Source of the DNA: the human T2T-CHM13v2.0 reference genome, Homo sapiens
Direction: 5' to 3' (one strand)
NCBI RefSeq assembly: GCF_009914755.1
Contig: NC_060930.1
DNA length: 64,000 nucleotides
Below the pieces are notes generated by a model. That model was given only the letters and a program-made list of their open reading frames with translations. It had not been told where the DNA came from and made no database searches. The position numbers were made by a program, and so were the translations under genes. Shown piece after piece: positions 36,245 to 54,061 of this stretch (positions are counted from its first letter, which is position 1; every line of letters starts with the position of its first letter).

Positions 36245-36645
36245 GTTATGGGTTAAATAGCCAGAATGCCACCTGACAAATTCATCTCTTGAAGTCCCAC
36301 CCCCACTCCCATAGAATGTGATCTTATTTGGAAACAGGGTCTTTATAGAGTTAGTCAAGTTAAAATGAGGTCATTGAGGTGGGCTCTAATCCAACTCCTC
36401 ATAGGAAGGTGAAATTTGGGCACAGCCAGCCATACAGGGAGAATGCCATGGGAACATGAAGATGGCTGTCTACAAGGCAGGGAGAGAAGCCTGAAATAGC
36501 TCTTCTCTTCACAGCCCTCAGAAGGAACCAACCCTGCCAAAACCTTGATTTCAGACTTTCTAGTCTGCAGAACTGTGACACAATACATTTGTTTCAGACA
36601 CCCTCTTTGTGGTACTTTGTTACAGCAATCCCAGCGAACTAATAA
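36245..36645 (+). mobile_element. MLT1A/B MaLR LTR
   Basis: CACAGCCCTCAGAAGGAACCAACCCTGCC...TGTGGTACTTTGTTACAGCA. Confidence 0.8.
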
Positions 36646-36757
36646 AAACCTGATGGAGATTAAACTTTGTAGGCCACAAGATTTCCTGAGGCCATAACAC
36701 AGATGCTAAAATAGGTTATTTGTCTTATAATTTTGCCTGTCTAGTACTTAGTGGATT

Positions 36758-37375
36758 TGTCAGAGGCGTTTGAACAAAAGCAACTCCATCTTGAATAGGG
36801 GCTGGGTAAAATAAGGCTGAGACCTACTGGGCATTCTAAGTTACAGGATGAGATAGAAGGTTGGCACAAGACACAGGTCACAAAGACCCTGCTGATAAAA
36901 CAGCTTGCTGTAAAGAAGCCAGCCCAAACCCACCAAAACCAAGATGACAACAAGAGTGACCACCGGTCGTCCTCACTGCTACACTCCCACCAGTGCCATG
37001 ACAGTTTTTACAAATGCCGTGGCAACGTCAGGAAGTTACCCTATATGGTCTAAAAAGGGGAGGCATAAATAAGCCACTCCTTGTTTAGCATATCATCAAG
37101 AAATAACCATAAAAATGGGCAGCCATCAGCCCTCGGGGTTGCTCTGTCTGGAGTAGCCATTCTTTTATTCCTTTACTTTCTTAATAAACTTGCTTTTGCT
37201 TTACTGTATGGATTTGCCTTGAATTCTTTCTTGTGTGAGATCCAAGAAGCCTCTGTTGGGGTCCGGATCGGGACCCCTTTCTGCTAACATCTTTCTGGCA
37301 ACCACGGAAGGGACAATACTGAGGAAACCCCCAAGCTAAAGGCTAACTTTGGGTAAGTGGTGGGGTCCGGTAACA
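36758..37375 (+). mobile_element. MER41A solo LTR (36758-37289) plus an 86-bp leader-derived extension
   Basis: TGTCAGAGGCGTTTGAAC start; AATAAA 37183; 4-bp TSD GATT at 36754 and 37376. Confidence 0.9.
37296..37313 (+). other. Retroviral primer-binding site, tRNA-Arg-like
   Basis: TGGCAACCACGGAAGGGA just 3' of the LTR end; near-complement of a tRNA-Arg(TCG) 3' end, from memory. Confidence 0.6.
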
Positions 37376-37475
37376 GATTGAAACATCAAATTACTCAAAA
37401 AAAGTGGCCCATTTTGCTCTGTGCAAGTGTAATCTATGTTAACTCTTCTCAAGTAAGATTTCATGAGAGGATTAA

Positions 37476-38099
<624 letters not shown>

Positions 38100-38621
38100 T
38101 GAGACATAATCAAAATCATTTTCTCTTAACTTTCTCACGGAACCCCAGTTGAGAAAGGTCAGTAGGCTCTAGTGGTACCAAACACATCTAACTCATACAT
38201 CTCTACTTTGATTTGTACCAGTTATCATTTATGCACATGGCAGTTATCTTGGCCTGACAAGCCAACATCATTGAGTAGAAGCAACTGGAAAGAGTAGCCA
38301 CTGCCTCTGTCTTTTTATGGCCTGTGGCTATAAAAATAACAACTTTAATGTCATCTTGAGTTCATGAGGAAGAAGAGGAAATTCCTAAATGGCAGAGACT
38401 GAGAGCAGTAAATGCACAAGCTAAAACTATGACAGTCCCAAGTCGAAGTATTATCAGATTCAGTATTGGCTTAATAACTTGAATTTTAATGTTAATGTAA
38501 TTTTAATTTTAATAGCCCGGAGACGTTCTGGGCTATCTGGCTATTCTTGTCTATCTTTTTGTACATTTCTCTCTCATGATCTGTTTATTCTTATGTCAGC
38601 CTAAATATAATGGGATATATA

Positions 38622-39120
<499 letters not shown>

Positions 39121-39639
39121 TTTAACAGCTGGAATATCTAATTTATTCATACTACCCTTGATTTTCATTTTAAAAGTTAATCTCACTCATTTCTCTGGCT
39201 AAAAATAAAATCTTTTTAGATCCTCTTCCAAATTCCATTGCAACAGTGATTAGGATCACACTAAATCCATAAATTAATTTGAAAATATTTACGTCTTCAT
39301 AATAGCTGGGCTTTCATCTAGTCATATGATGTGTTATTCCAGTTATTTCTTTTTTTTTTTTTTTTTTGAAACTTAGATTCAGAGAGTTAAGCATTCTCCT
39401 CATCATCTTTGGTTTGTACAAAGCTATTCTCTTATTTTATTTATTTTAAATCACTTTTCATGTCTGAGGAATTCCATCTGTAGCTATAGAGAATCAAGTT
39501 GACCTTGATTGAGGAGACCTGACATTGAGAGAGGAGCAAAAAGAGAAATGAAAAACAAGGGCGGCTGTGCTCTTCCTGAGTCTCAGTCACTGGATTTACT
39601 CTACTGCAGAGGCCTGACTCCATCCTAGACTCTGATTCA

Positions 39640-39982
<343 letters not shown>

Positions 39983-40099
39983 TGCACTTCAGATCCTTTC
40001 ACCTCTGCCTGTTTTGAGAATCTTTGGCTAATTCTTGTTGCAACCAACAAGTGAGTAGCTCTAGGGGGGCTCTGATTTCTCATATGCACAATCAGACAG

Positions 40100-40859
<760 letters not shown>

Positions 40860-41602
40860 TAAAAACTCACCTTTTTGCCTAGCTGGTTCACATAGACTCC
40901 TGTTACTTGCAAACAAACAAAAAGTATTTAATTAATATGTCTTATCTGATTATTTTCAATTTTTCTGGAGAAAATATTTAAGAATTTTTTCCTCAAAAGT
41001 TCCTGTGGCAGGATAGCTTTTTGATTCCATGTATGTATATCATTTTTCCCTTTAAACCATACAGTTTGAGTATAGAACTATGGTATAGCCACAAAATCTG
41101 TTATCCTTAAATTTTGCGGAAATAGGCCTATTATTTTCAACACCCTGTCTAGCAGCTGAGAAGTCTGATGCCACTATGATTCTTATTCTTCTCTTTTCCA
41201 GTATGTTTTTGGAATTAAAAGAAATAATTTGAGATCAGAAGTTTTGTGATCATATGTACAGCTGTGTCATCGTGTTCTCTGGGAAGCAGATGCTGAAAAG
41301 CTATTTTAACTGTAGGAGGTTTATTAGGGTATATACCTTGGGAAAAATAAAATGAAGGGGAAAAAGGATTGGTTAGGGAAAGCACAGACCCTGATACCGA
41401 TCTGACACTTCTCAATCTAGTTTGTCAATTTGGTTTTATTTGTTCTCTCTTTTCCATGAAGTTTTAAAAATTTGTGGTCAGCCAATGGTACGCATCCATA
41501 TTTTCTTTTTCATTTACCTTTTTTTAGAATTCAATGGACTAGGTGGTAGAAGGATGACAAATGTGTACTCAGTCTGCCATCTTAAAGTATTCAAGAACTT
41601 TC

Positions 41603-41605
<3 letters not shown>

Positions 41606-41637
<32 letters not shown>
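41606..41637. repeat. (TG)n microsatellite
   Basis: Perfect run. Confidence 0.95.
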
Positions 41638-41641
<4 letters not shown>

Positions 41642-42384
41642 CAAACTTGCTTTCCATGAAAGCTTTGCAAAGATACATTTCCACAATCTGAATATCAGTG
41701 AGAGTATTTCAATGTAACATATCCATAGTTGGGTTTTATTAAACAAATAAAACTTATTTAATTTTATAGACAACAACATCTATGCTTAAAATGTGCAGTC
41801 ATCTTTAGTAAGGTGAAAGTTTTGTCTTTCTAATATGGAAAAATTTCAAGCATATACGAAAGTAGGGAGAATTGTGTAAAGAATCCCATGTGCTCATTAC
41901 CCAGTTTCACCAATTTTCAATTATTCCAGGAACCAAGGTAAAATGTTTTGCTAAATATATATTAGCTATTGTATTCCTTTCTTTGTAAATTTTTTTAATG
42001 CTTCTAACTAGCTGTCTTCTTGGATTTTGGTGTTTTTCTTGTCAAAAAAGTTACACACTTCTTAGAAATTAATGTTATTTTCTCTCTCATAATCATTGCA
42101 AATATTTTTATCACAAATTTTTCTTTTGATTTTCTGTTGTGTTACACTGAATTTGAAATTTTTATTTGCTAAATGGAACAATGTGGGAGTTGCTATGATT
42201 TTTAAAAATTGTTATTTAATTTTCCAGCACCACATATTTAAAAAAATTAACAGTCCATATTTCAGAATAATAATATTACAGGTTGGAAAAAAATTCTACT
42301 TATTTTCTAGATTTTGAGATTTTCCATTAGTGTTTTTTCACAAAAGGAAGTTTATTGCAACATTATCTTTTTTTAAAAAAAAAA

Positions 42385-44900
42385 GCGTATATTTTTAGAA
42401 CAAACCTAGATTTACAGAAAAATTGGAAAGACTATGCAGCGTTCCCATGAACTCCATACCCAGTTTCTCCTACCTCTATCATCTTACATTAGTATTCATC
42501 ACAGCTAATAAGCCAATCCTGACATATTAATAAAAGTCCATACTTTACTCACATTTCACTTAATGTCCTTTTTCTGTCTCAGGATCCCATCCAGGAGACC
42601 ATGTTACATTTAGTCATCATCTCCTTAGCTCTATTTGGCTATGATCATTTCTCAGAATTTATTTGTTTTTGTTGATCTTGACAGGTTTGAGAAGTGGTCA
42701 GGTATTTTGTATAATGTCTTTCTACTGGGATTTGTCTGATGCTTTCCTCATAATTAAACTGGGGTTTTGGGTTTTGGGGAAGAAAACCATAGAGGTCAAG
42801 TTCTATTTCATCACATCATGTCAAGGACACATATTATCAGCATGACTTATCCCTGTTGATCATGACTTGATCACCTGGCTGAGGTAGTGTTTGTCAGGTT
42901 TCTCTACTACAAAGTTGCTTTTGTTTCCCTTTCTGTAATGTACTCTCTGGGACAGAGTCACTTTATGCAGCCCACACTTAAAGACTGGGGAGTTATGCTC
43001 CCACAGGGGTGCAGCTTCTACATAAATTATTTGGAATTGTTGTGCCTAGAATTATTTGTCTTTTCTCCCCTAATGTATTTATTTAATCATTTATTTATGT
43101 AGTATTGATAGTGACAGGAGGCAGCGAAATGCCTAGGCAGACAGTGGCGAGTTCTCAGTGAAATCCCACCTCCAAGCAGAAGAGAGTTTAAAGCCTGAAA
43201 GCCAAACTACAAGTTAAATCCCCAGACTGGATTGAGAACTTGTCCTCCTGTTTGGCGTGCTTTCCTCTGATTAATCCCCATCACCTATTTTACATATATC
43301 TATCCTTTTCTAACTTGTTTTCTTTACTGTCATGCCCACTTTTGAGTGGTATCTTCACCTTAACCTTTTTTGCATACTCACAAGCCAATCAGCATGCACT
43401 CCTCATCCTGTGCCTATGAAGACCCCAGACTCAGTCAGTAGAGGAGGAGACAGCCTGACTTTGGTGAAGATGACCTGCCCTTCCTGGCCCCTCTTCAGCT
43501 CCCCTGTCCACTGAGAGCTGTTTTCATCACTCAGTAAAATTCTCTGTCTTCACCATCCTTCAGCCGTCCACGTGACCTCATTCTTCTTGGATGCTGGACA
43601 AGAGCTTGGGACCCACTGAGTGCGGGTACCCTGAAAAGGTTGTCACACTGGCCCTTTGCCCTCTCTGGCAGAGGGCAGTCACCCCACACAATGAGGCAAG
43701 GGGCCAGCTGAGCTGCTATCACACTGCCGTCCATCAGACTGCAGATGATGGAATTAAACAGCACTGTGACACCTGCTCTGGGCCTTCAGGGTCATAGGCA
43801 CCCTCACCTGGGTGCCACCACGTTCCCTTTGAGGCAACACACCTGGTCTGACTGCAGGCCCCACATGGAGCTTGCTTCTGTGTTGGCACCCAGAGCAGCC
43901 ATCTGGATCCCGCACTCACCCACTCACAAGCTCCCTCCACATGGGGCTGAGCACAGTGGGCCAAGTAGACGTGGTGCCCCTGCCGCATGTCCAGTGAAGG
44001 GGTGAAAAAAACTCATGCATCAGTATAGACTCATAAATATTTATTTTATATTTTCAGTGATAGTCCAATGTTATTTCTTTTAGTTGTTGTCGTTGCACAA
44101 ATTGTTCCAGCTTGGCCATTGAAAGCTCTTTCCTTTGACTCCTGGGTCCTTTTGACTACCCTCATTTTTCGTGTGTGTCTGGGGGCAGGGGGTTTGCATG
44201 ATTTAGCACTTCCTTACTTTCTGGCACTATGAGATGTTCCAGGCCCACCTTGTATATTTTCTGTTTCAATCTTAGAATCAGCCATTTCACCAAGATGCTC
44301 TGGTTACTTTTATTGGAATGCGGGTGCTAAGTGTGCTTGTTACTCCAGTGTTGTTGTTTCTAGGCCCTCTTAGCAGACAGTGCAAGGAAATCTATGTGTG
44401 TATACTAACATGTATATATATACACACGCACACACACATACAAATTTCTATATGTAACCATCTGTATCTATATTAAGCTAAACATGAATTCATATTGATG
44501 CCTCCAACTTTATTCCTTAATACTAAGATTGCTCTAGACTCTCCCCTTGCTTATCTGTAACCTCCAACTTCAACAGTGAGAAACCTGGCTCCTACCACCT
44601 GCCATGTGTTTACTTCATTGTTCAACCAGAGTATACATGTAGAATAGTAGCAGAATTGTTAAACTCTGTGGGAAACAACTTTCTCAGCTAGAAGTATAGT
44701 GCCTGTGTAGTTTCTTTTGCCTTTAGTTTCTCAGACTTTGCTCATTTCCAAAGTTTGAGGTCAGCGCCTGAAACATTTGTAAGGCTGTTTCATGCATTTG
44801 TAATAGAGTTAGATTGTTTTGTCACATTCTGCCTTTCGTCCTGGGATTCCCCTGACCTCCTAGTTTTGTTTTAATTTTCATACATAACTATATTCTTTGT
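42385..44900 (-). mobile_element. L1MC-like 3' region split by an LTR
   Basis: CAGGATCCCATCCAGGAGACC...TTACATTTAGTCATC; GGTCAGGTATTTTGTATAATGTC. Confidence 0.8.
43106..44022 (+). mobile_element. ERV1 solo LTR, LTR28-like (LTR27/28/MER52 group)
   Basis: TGATAGTGACAGGAGGCAG...GCATCA; 4-bp TSD GTAT at 43102 and 44023. Confidence 0.8.
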
Positions 44901-46171
44901 GTTAGCAGCACTACTTTAAAAAATAATTTTTTTCTTCAACATCTAATTTGTAAGTCTTTATCACACATTAAAATCTTATGTCTAGTAATGTCTGTATTTC
45001 TTTGCTTACTATGTGTGTGGTATGTAAACCTCCTATCTAGCAATTAAATAAAAATTTATTTCAAGTTAGAGCAGAGAAAAATACAAAACTTCCTTGGAGG
45101 CACTATCCTACAACCCAGGCTAATAGGATTCCCACAGAATAAAACAAGTTTATTGGCATACACAGAAAGTTACAAACATATCATTAACCATGGGTGACAG
45201 CAGATACAACAAAGATTCATACCCCCAGGAATTTGAAATATAAAGTGAACAATGAAATAAATTATTAAAAAATAAGTAAAAAACAAATATTGATGATTAT
45301 TTGGGGGAGTTAACAACAAATAGTTACATGGAAAATGAGTTACTTGAGAGATGAGAGGGTGTTTGTGAATATAGGTAGTTCAGGTTCTCCTATTGCCAAG
45401 TATCAGGTCCAAGGTACTAATGAATTTAGATTTTGTTAAGTGTCTGGGCAAAGTAGTTCCACCGAGGGCTGATTCCAGGTCTTAATGAAAATGAGCACTT
45501 TGACTAATAAATCGTGTACTGTCGCATCTTACTGTGATAAGCTCTAAGCATAATGGAAAACATCAGGCAGGCAGACGTGCAGTGAGCATGGTTTTCAAGT
45601 CCCCCCAAAGCTTCACAGACATGCCTGAGTGGGCAGTAGTTTTCCACCTGTTTAAGGTAAGGCATTGTTTATCATGCCTTTTGTATACCAGTTTCTAAAA
45701 CTCCAACATAATTACCTTTTATGTTTGCAAAAGCGGTCTTTAGGTAGCTGTATCATTGAACCTCTGTTTCTGGGTACACAAGTTATACATAACATCTAGG
45801 CTGTGGTTGTATGCAACTAGTTATCTCCTGGGTTGCAAAGCTGAAGAGTGGTTAGGTAAGACAAGCTTGGCCAGAACCTACTGTAGCTTGTTAAAAATCT
45901 AAGAACAAAATGAAACTAATTGGAATACTAAAAAGTAAGACTTCCAAACCAGTTGAAAAATAAAAGGAAATGTAGAAAACCAAATTCACCAAAAAGAAGT
46001 CAGGAAAGAAGAAAGAGAAAAAGGAGGAAGAAGAAGAAATGTAAACGGCATATTAAAAGCACAAAATGAGATACTAAAATTAAATCTAAATATATAATGT
46101 ATTAATATAAATGAATTAACACAGTATTTAAAAAACAGAGATTGTCAGATTGAATTTTAAAAATCCAGTTA

Positions 46172-46458
<287 letters not shown>

Positions 46459-46903
46459 TGCTGTTACACGTTTATAACACCTAACACAGGATAGCATGGG
46501 GACATTGTAAATAAATAAATAAATAATTCATACCAGAAAAATCTCAATCGAAAGAAAACTGGTATAACTATAGTAATTCCACACAAAATAGACTCTAAAG
46601 AAAAAAAGAGTGTTATTAGTTACAAAGAGGATCATTACATAATAATAAAATGAACAATTCATTGGGAAGCTGTACCAACTCTGAATCTATACCTTGTACA
46701 ATACAGCCTTGAAATAAATATCCAAAATCTAACAGAATTACAAGAAGAAATGGATAAATTCATATAATTCCCTCAGTAATAAATGAAGCAGTCTAAAAGA
46801 AATAAGTAAAGTTATAGAAGGTTGATACCACACAATTTAAAAACTTGATCGAATTGATATAAATGGAATTCTGCACATATTTAGAAAATATACATGCTTT
46901 TCA

Positions 46904-47195
46904 GCCAGGTGCAGTGGCTCACACCTGTAATCCTACCACTTTGGGAGGCTGAGGTGGGTGGATCACCTGAGGTCAGGAGTTCAAGACCAGCCTGGCCAAC
47001 ATGGTGAAAACCCATTTCTACTAAAAATACAAAAATTAGCTGGGTGTGGTGGCACATGCCTGTAACACCAGCTACTCAGGAGGCTGAGGCAGGAGAATTG
47101 CTGGAACGTGGGAGGCGGAGGTTGCAGTGAGCCTAGATTGCACCACTGCACTCCAGCCTGGGCGACAGAGTGAGACTCCATCTGAAAAAAAAAAA
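46904..47195 (+). mobile_element. AluSx
   Basis: ~21-bp TSD AGAAAATATACATGCTTTTCA at 46883 and 47195. Confidence 0.92.
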
Positions 47196-47399
47196 GAAAA
47201 TATACATGCTTTTCAAATTCTCATGGCACTTGTACAAAAATTGGATGACTACTAACCACAAAACAGATTTCAACAAAAACCAAAGAATAAATGCCATGCA
47301 GATTACATTATCTGATATCAGTGTAATAAAATTAGAAATTAACAAGAAGGTCATCAAATCTCCATTCAATTAAAAATAAAATAATGTGCATGTGTATGA

Positions 47400-47772
<373 letters not shown>

Positions 47773-48319
47773 TGATATATTTTTTAAAGAACAATAATGG
47801 CACTAATTAAACTAGAGCGTGCAATTACTTGGGAAAGGAAATAGCCTTGAATGCACACATTAAGAAAAGACAAATGTTTCAAAATGAACATCCCAAGTAT
47901 CAACCTTAAAAAGTTAGAAAGGAACAATATAGTAAACCAGAAAAAAAAAAGTGGAAGGAGCCAAATAATAAAAATGAAGACTAAAATTAAGAAGTTAAAA
48001 AATGTGTAATAGAGAGGATTAACAAAAATTAGATACTGGTTCTTTGAAAAGATTAACAAAATAGATAAACTCTTGGTGAGAAAGACAAGTGAAGTCACAC
48101 CAGAAAGTTAAATGCAAAAGAGGGCATAACAAACATATAGTAGGTATTTTTAAATTATAATAGAATATCAAGAAAAAGTGTATGCATAATTATGAGAACA
48201 TAGGTAAAATGTCCATTTTCTAGAAAAACATAATGTAAAAAAATTAGCTCAAAAAAGAAACACAACCTCCAAATCAACCTTAGACCATTAAAGAAATTGA
48301 AACAGCAGTTTTTAAAAGT

Positions 48320-49015
<696 letters not shown>

Positions 49016-49368
49016 AAAAAGTTTGCCTACAAACAAAACATCCTAAGGCCAAGATGGTTTTCTAAGCAAGTTCTACTTTATCTTCAAGCAACAGAACAGA
49101 TAATCCTCATCTTATATATATAATTCCAGAGAATAGTTAAGTAGGGACAGTGCCTCCCCACCCTCCTTGGGTATGCCAAGGTATGCCAATAAGGTAACCT
49201 TGATTCCATGGGCCAAACAAGGAAGGAAAATTATTGGCTAATTTTAGCTAGGGATGTAGGTACAAATGCAGCTGGATGAGAGTGGTTTCACTACATCATT
49301 GACTTTTACAGCAGGAGGAGCATATGCATAGCCTCAGTCCTCCTGGCAGCTTTTGAATGGTTGAGTAG

Positions 49369-49692
<324 letters not shown>

Positions 49693-49769
49693 TTCAGGAT
49701 CAGGTTCTGATCCAAAAACCTCACTGGTGTTCCTTAGATTCTCGCAGTATAGACAGTCAAGTTGGTACA

Positions 49770-50575
49770 TGTTACAGGTTGAATTCTGAACTCCCAGACT
49801 CCACAGCACACATGTTGAAGTTCTAACCTCTAGTATGTGTGAATGTGACCTTATTTGAAAATAGGGTCTTTGCAAGTGATCAAGTTAAGATGAAGTCATT
49901 AGGATGGGCCCTGATACAATATGACTTGTGTCCTTATTAAAAAGGGAAATTTGGCCAAGTGTGGTGGCTCATGCCTGTAATCCCAGCAGTATGGGAGATA
50001 GAGGCAGGCAGATTCCTTGAGGCCGGGTGTTCGAGACCGGGCTGGGTAAAATGACAAAACCCCATCTCTATCAAAAATTAACCTAACCCAGCATGGTGGC
50101 ATGTGCCTGTAGTCCCAGCTACCCCCGAGGCTGAGATGGGAGGATCACCTGAACCCAGGAGGTTGAGGCTGCAATGAGCCACGCTTCTGCCATGGCACTC
50201 CAACCTGGGCAACAAAGTGAGATTCTGTCTCAAAAAAAAAAAAAAGGTAGGATTGTGATGGGAAATTTGCTCACAGTTACAGTCACACAGGGAGAATACC
50301 ATATGAAGAGGGAGGATTGGACAGTTACAGTCACACAGGGAGAACACCATATGAAGAAGGAGGATTGGAGTGACGTATCTTCAAGCCAAGGGGTATCTCA
50401 GCTGCCAGGAACTGGATGAAAGGCATGGAGCCGATTTTCCCTCAGAAGGAACCAACTTTCCCAACACGTTGATTTTGAAATTCTAGCCTCCAGAATTCTG
50501 AGACAATACATTTTTGTTGGTTTAGCTACCTGGTTTTTGGTACTTTGTTATGGTGGCCCTATGAAACTATTACAG
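49770..50575 (+). mobile_element. MLT1B-like LTR with AluJ (49953-50245) and a 48-bp tandem duplication
   Basis: GAATGTGACCTTATTTGAAAATAGGG; CCCTCAGAAGGAACCAAC. Confidence 0.8.
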
Positions 50576-51092
50576 TATTCATAACCTTAGTTCCAAAGCA
50601 AGACGACATTCCCCTATCCATGACAAGCTAGAACTGGGGTCAAGATAGTATAAAGATGAGGCCTTCCTGGTTTCCACTTCTCTGTTAAGTTGGATGGTTT
50701 TCTAGATGCCTATGCCTAAGGATGGACATAATTGTCCAGCCTGCTGTTGTATTGTTTGATGGGCATAATCAGGTGGTGTCTTTGGTAGGGCATTGCATAG
50801 GATTTCACTACCTCTCCCCCATATCATACCTTGGTGGAGGTTTCCTCTGAGGCTGAAAGAAGGTTTGGCTGGTGCCCAAGCCTTCCCTCCCTACTGCAGT
50901 ATAAACCAGAGAAGCTAAAGCAGTGACTCTCAACTGTACAGCGTGAAGGAGTGATATCCTTTCACAGGGAATGTCAGCATCTCCAGAAATGGGTGGGCTG
51001 CAATATATATTTCTTAAAAGCATTTTCAATATTTTAATAAATTTAGTCATGTTTCTCCATTTTGTAGCTTTTTATTTTTAAATGTGGAAGCA

Positions 51093-51892
<800 letters not shown>

Positions 51893-52380
51893 GAGTGTAT
51901 GAGTTTCTTATGTGTATCAAAAGGGGTGCTGGTTTTAAAAAGTTAAGGACTTCAAAGCTAAATAGTGCAGCCACAGCTGATGGCTTGTCACATAGGTCCC
52001 CCTGAGATGTTCCCTAACTTGCTGACATGAATCACAGACTTCAAAGCTCTTGTTGTAGAATTCCTCTTCCCTATCCCCTACTTACCTCAAAAAGTTAGTG
52101 GGTCAGAGGGTCCATAGGCCTCTCTGAAGTGGCTTCCACACTGTCAGTATGTTTGGGCTTTCTGGCAAGCAACGAATGTGAAGAATAATCATCCATTTAG
52201 TTTTCTTAAAAAAATTAAGTTTGCAGCTACAGGAGAAAAAAATAATTAACTTTATTTTTATTTTTATTTATTTTATTTATTTATTTTTCTCAATGGCCTC
52301 ATTTTAAAGCAAATTTTGGTTAAATAATTAAAATTACAAGATATTCACATGGCATCATAGAAATACATAATACAACTGTT

Positions 52381-52590
52381 TTTATTATTATTATTATTAT
52401 ACTTTAAATTTTAGGGTACATGGGCACAACGTGCAGGTTTGTTACATTTGTATACATGTGCCATATTAGTGTGCTGCACCCATTAACTCGTCATTTATCA
52501 TTAGGTATGTCTCCTAATGCTATCCCTCCCCCCTCCCCCCACTCCACAACAGTCCCCGGTGTGTGATGTTCACCTTCCTGTGTCCATGTG
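52381..52590 (-). mobile_element. Short 5'-truncated young L1 (L1PA3-like) 3' end
   Basis: TTATTATACTTTAAATTTTAGGGTACATG; TSD-like TGTTTTTA. Confidence 0.88.
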
Positions 52591-52606
52591 TTTTTAAAAA
52601 CGCTGA

Positions 52607-52926
<320 letters not shown>

Positions 52927-53422
52927 TTAAAACCTGTGAATTATGCTAGCAATATGCACCCCCACCAACACACAGAGACACATGGAGAAACAAGCCCACC
53001 ACCCCGCCCCTGCTCCACCGACACCCCTGATGGCAGCGTGCATGTGTACATAATGCAACGCTGAGTCTGCCGCGGGAGAGTTTTCACCAAGGAGACAGGA
53101 AGGCTCCAGCTCAGTCTGGGCTCTGCAGAAGGTGTCCTTGGCTAGTCTCAGCTCCTGGCGCTGGGCAGCAGATAGGATCCAAGCTGAATAGAAAAGAGGT
53201 CTGTAAAACCTGGCTGTGACCACCTTACTCTTCAGCCTCATCTAGAGCCTTCTTCTCTCCATGTGCAGGGTTGGTTCCTTCTTACACATGTCTCACATGA
53301 CCCACTGTTACCTTTATACCATTTATGTTTCAATTTTTAACAGTAATTTTTATTTAACTGTTAATTGCTAGTTTTCCTCACTAAACTCTATGAAAGCAGA
53401 GAATAGCCTGTCTTGCTTTTAG

Positions 53423-53723
53423 TCTCCTGAGAACTCACTCACTATCACAAGAACAGCATGGAGATAACCGCCTCCTGAGCCCAGGAGTTCAAGACCAGCC
53501 TGGGCAACATAGCGAGACTCGGTCTCTATGAAAAAAACATCTTGTGCCACCATGTGAAGAGGGATGTGTTTGCTTCCCCTTCCACCATGATCATAAGCTT
53601 CCTGAGGCCTCCCTAGCCTTGCTGAACTGTGAGTCAATTAAACCTCTTTCCTTTATAAATTACCCAGTCTCGGGCAGTTCTTTATAGCAGCGTGAGAACG
53701 GATTAATACACAGGACAAACATG
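53423..53723. other. Composite locally templated insertion inside an L2 3' end
   Basis: 53423-53475 is the reverse complement of 54160-54212; 53476-53540 matches 52676-52740; 53541-53723 matches 54261-54443. Confidence 0.8.
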
Positions 53724-54061
53724 TGTCTGGCACATAGTGCAGCCGCAGGAAGTGTTTGTTGAATGAATGATTTTGTGAATGAATGAATTTATGATTGAGA
53801 GATGGTGGCACTAAAGACAAACTGTGACTGTTTCTGTGTTTTTCAAGGTCAGATATTACAGTATTTTCACAAATCATATTAATGAGTCCAGCATACCTTA
53901 TGACATGTCCACGTAAAGACAATTAGGATCTTTTGTTCTGCCATGCCTTGCTACTTATGAATAGTGACTGCTGGTAAAAGCTTGTTGTGTTGATTGGATG
54001 CTGGGGCTACAGTTTGCTGATCTTTAAGTGTTGATGGCACAGTCCCCAAGGGAAGACAGGA

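Noticed and set aside
37296-37313. tRNA gene
   Set aside because: Only an 18-nt complement of a tRNA 3' end next to an LTR, i.e. a PBS
45330-45895. Unassigned, possibly LTR/ERV-derived segment (also 26500-27080)
   Set aside because: Could not match a family or define termini and TSD by eye; needs a Dfam search
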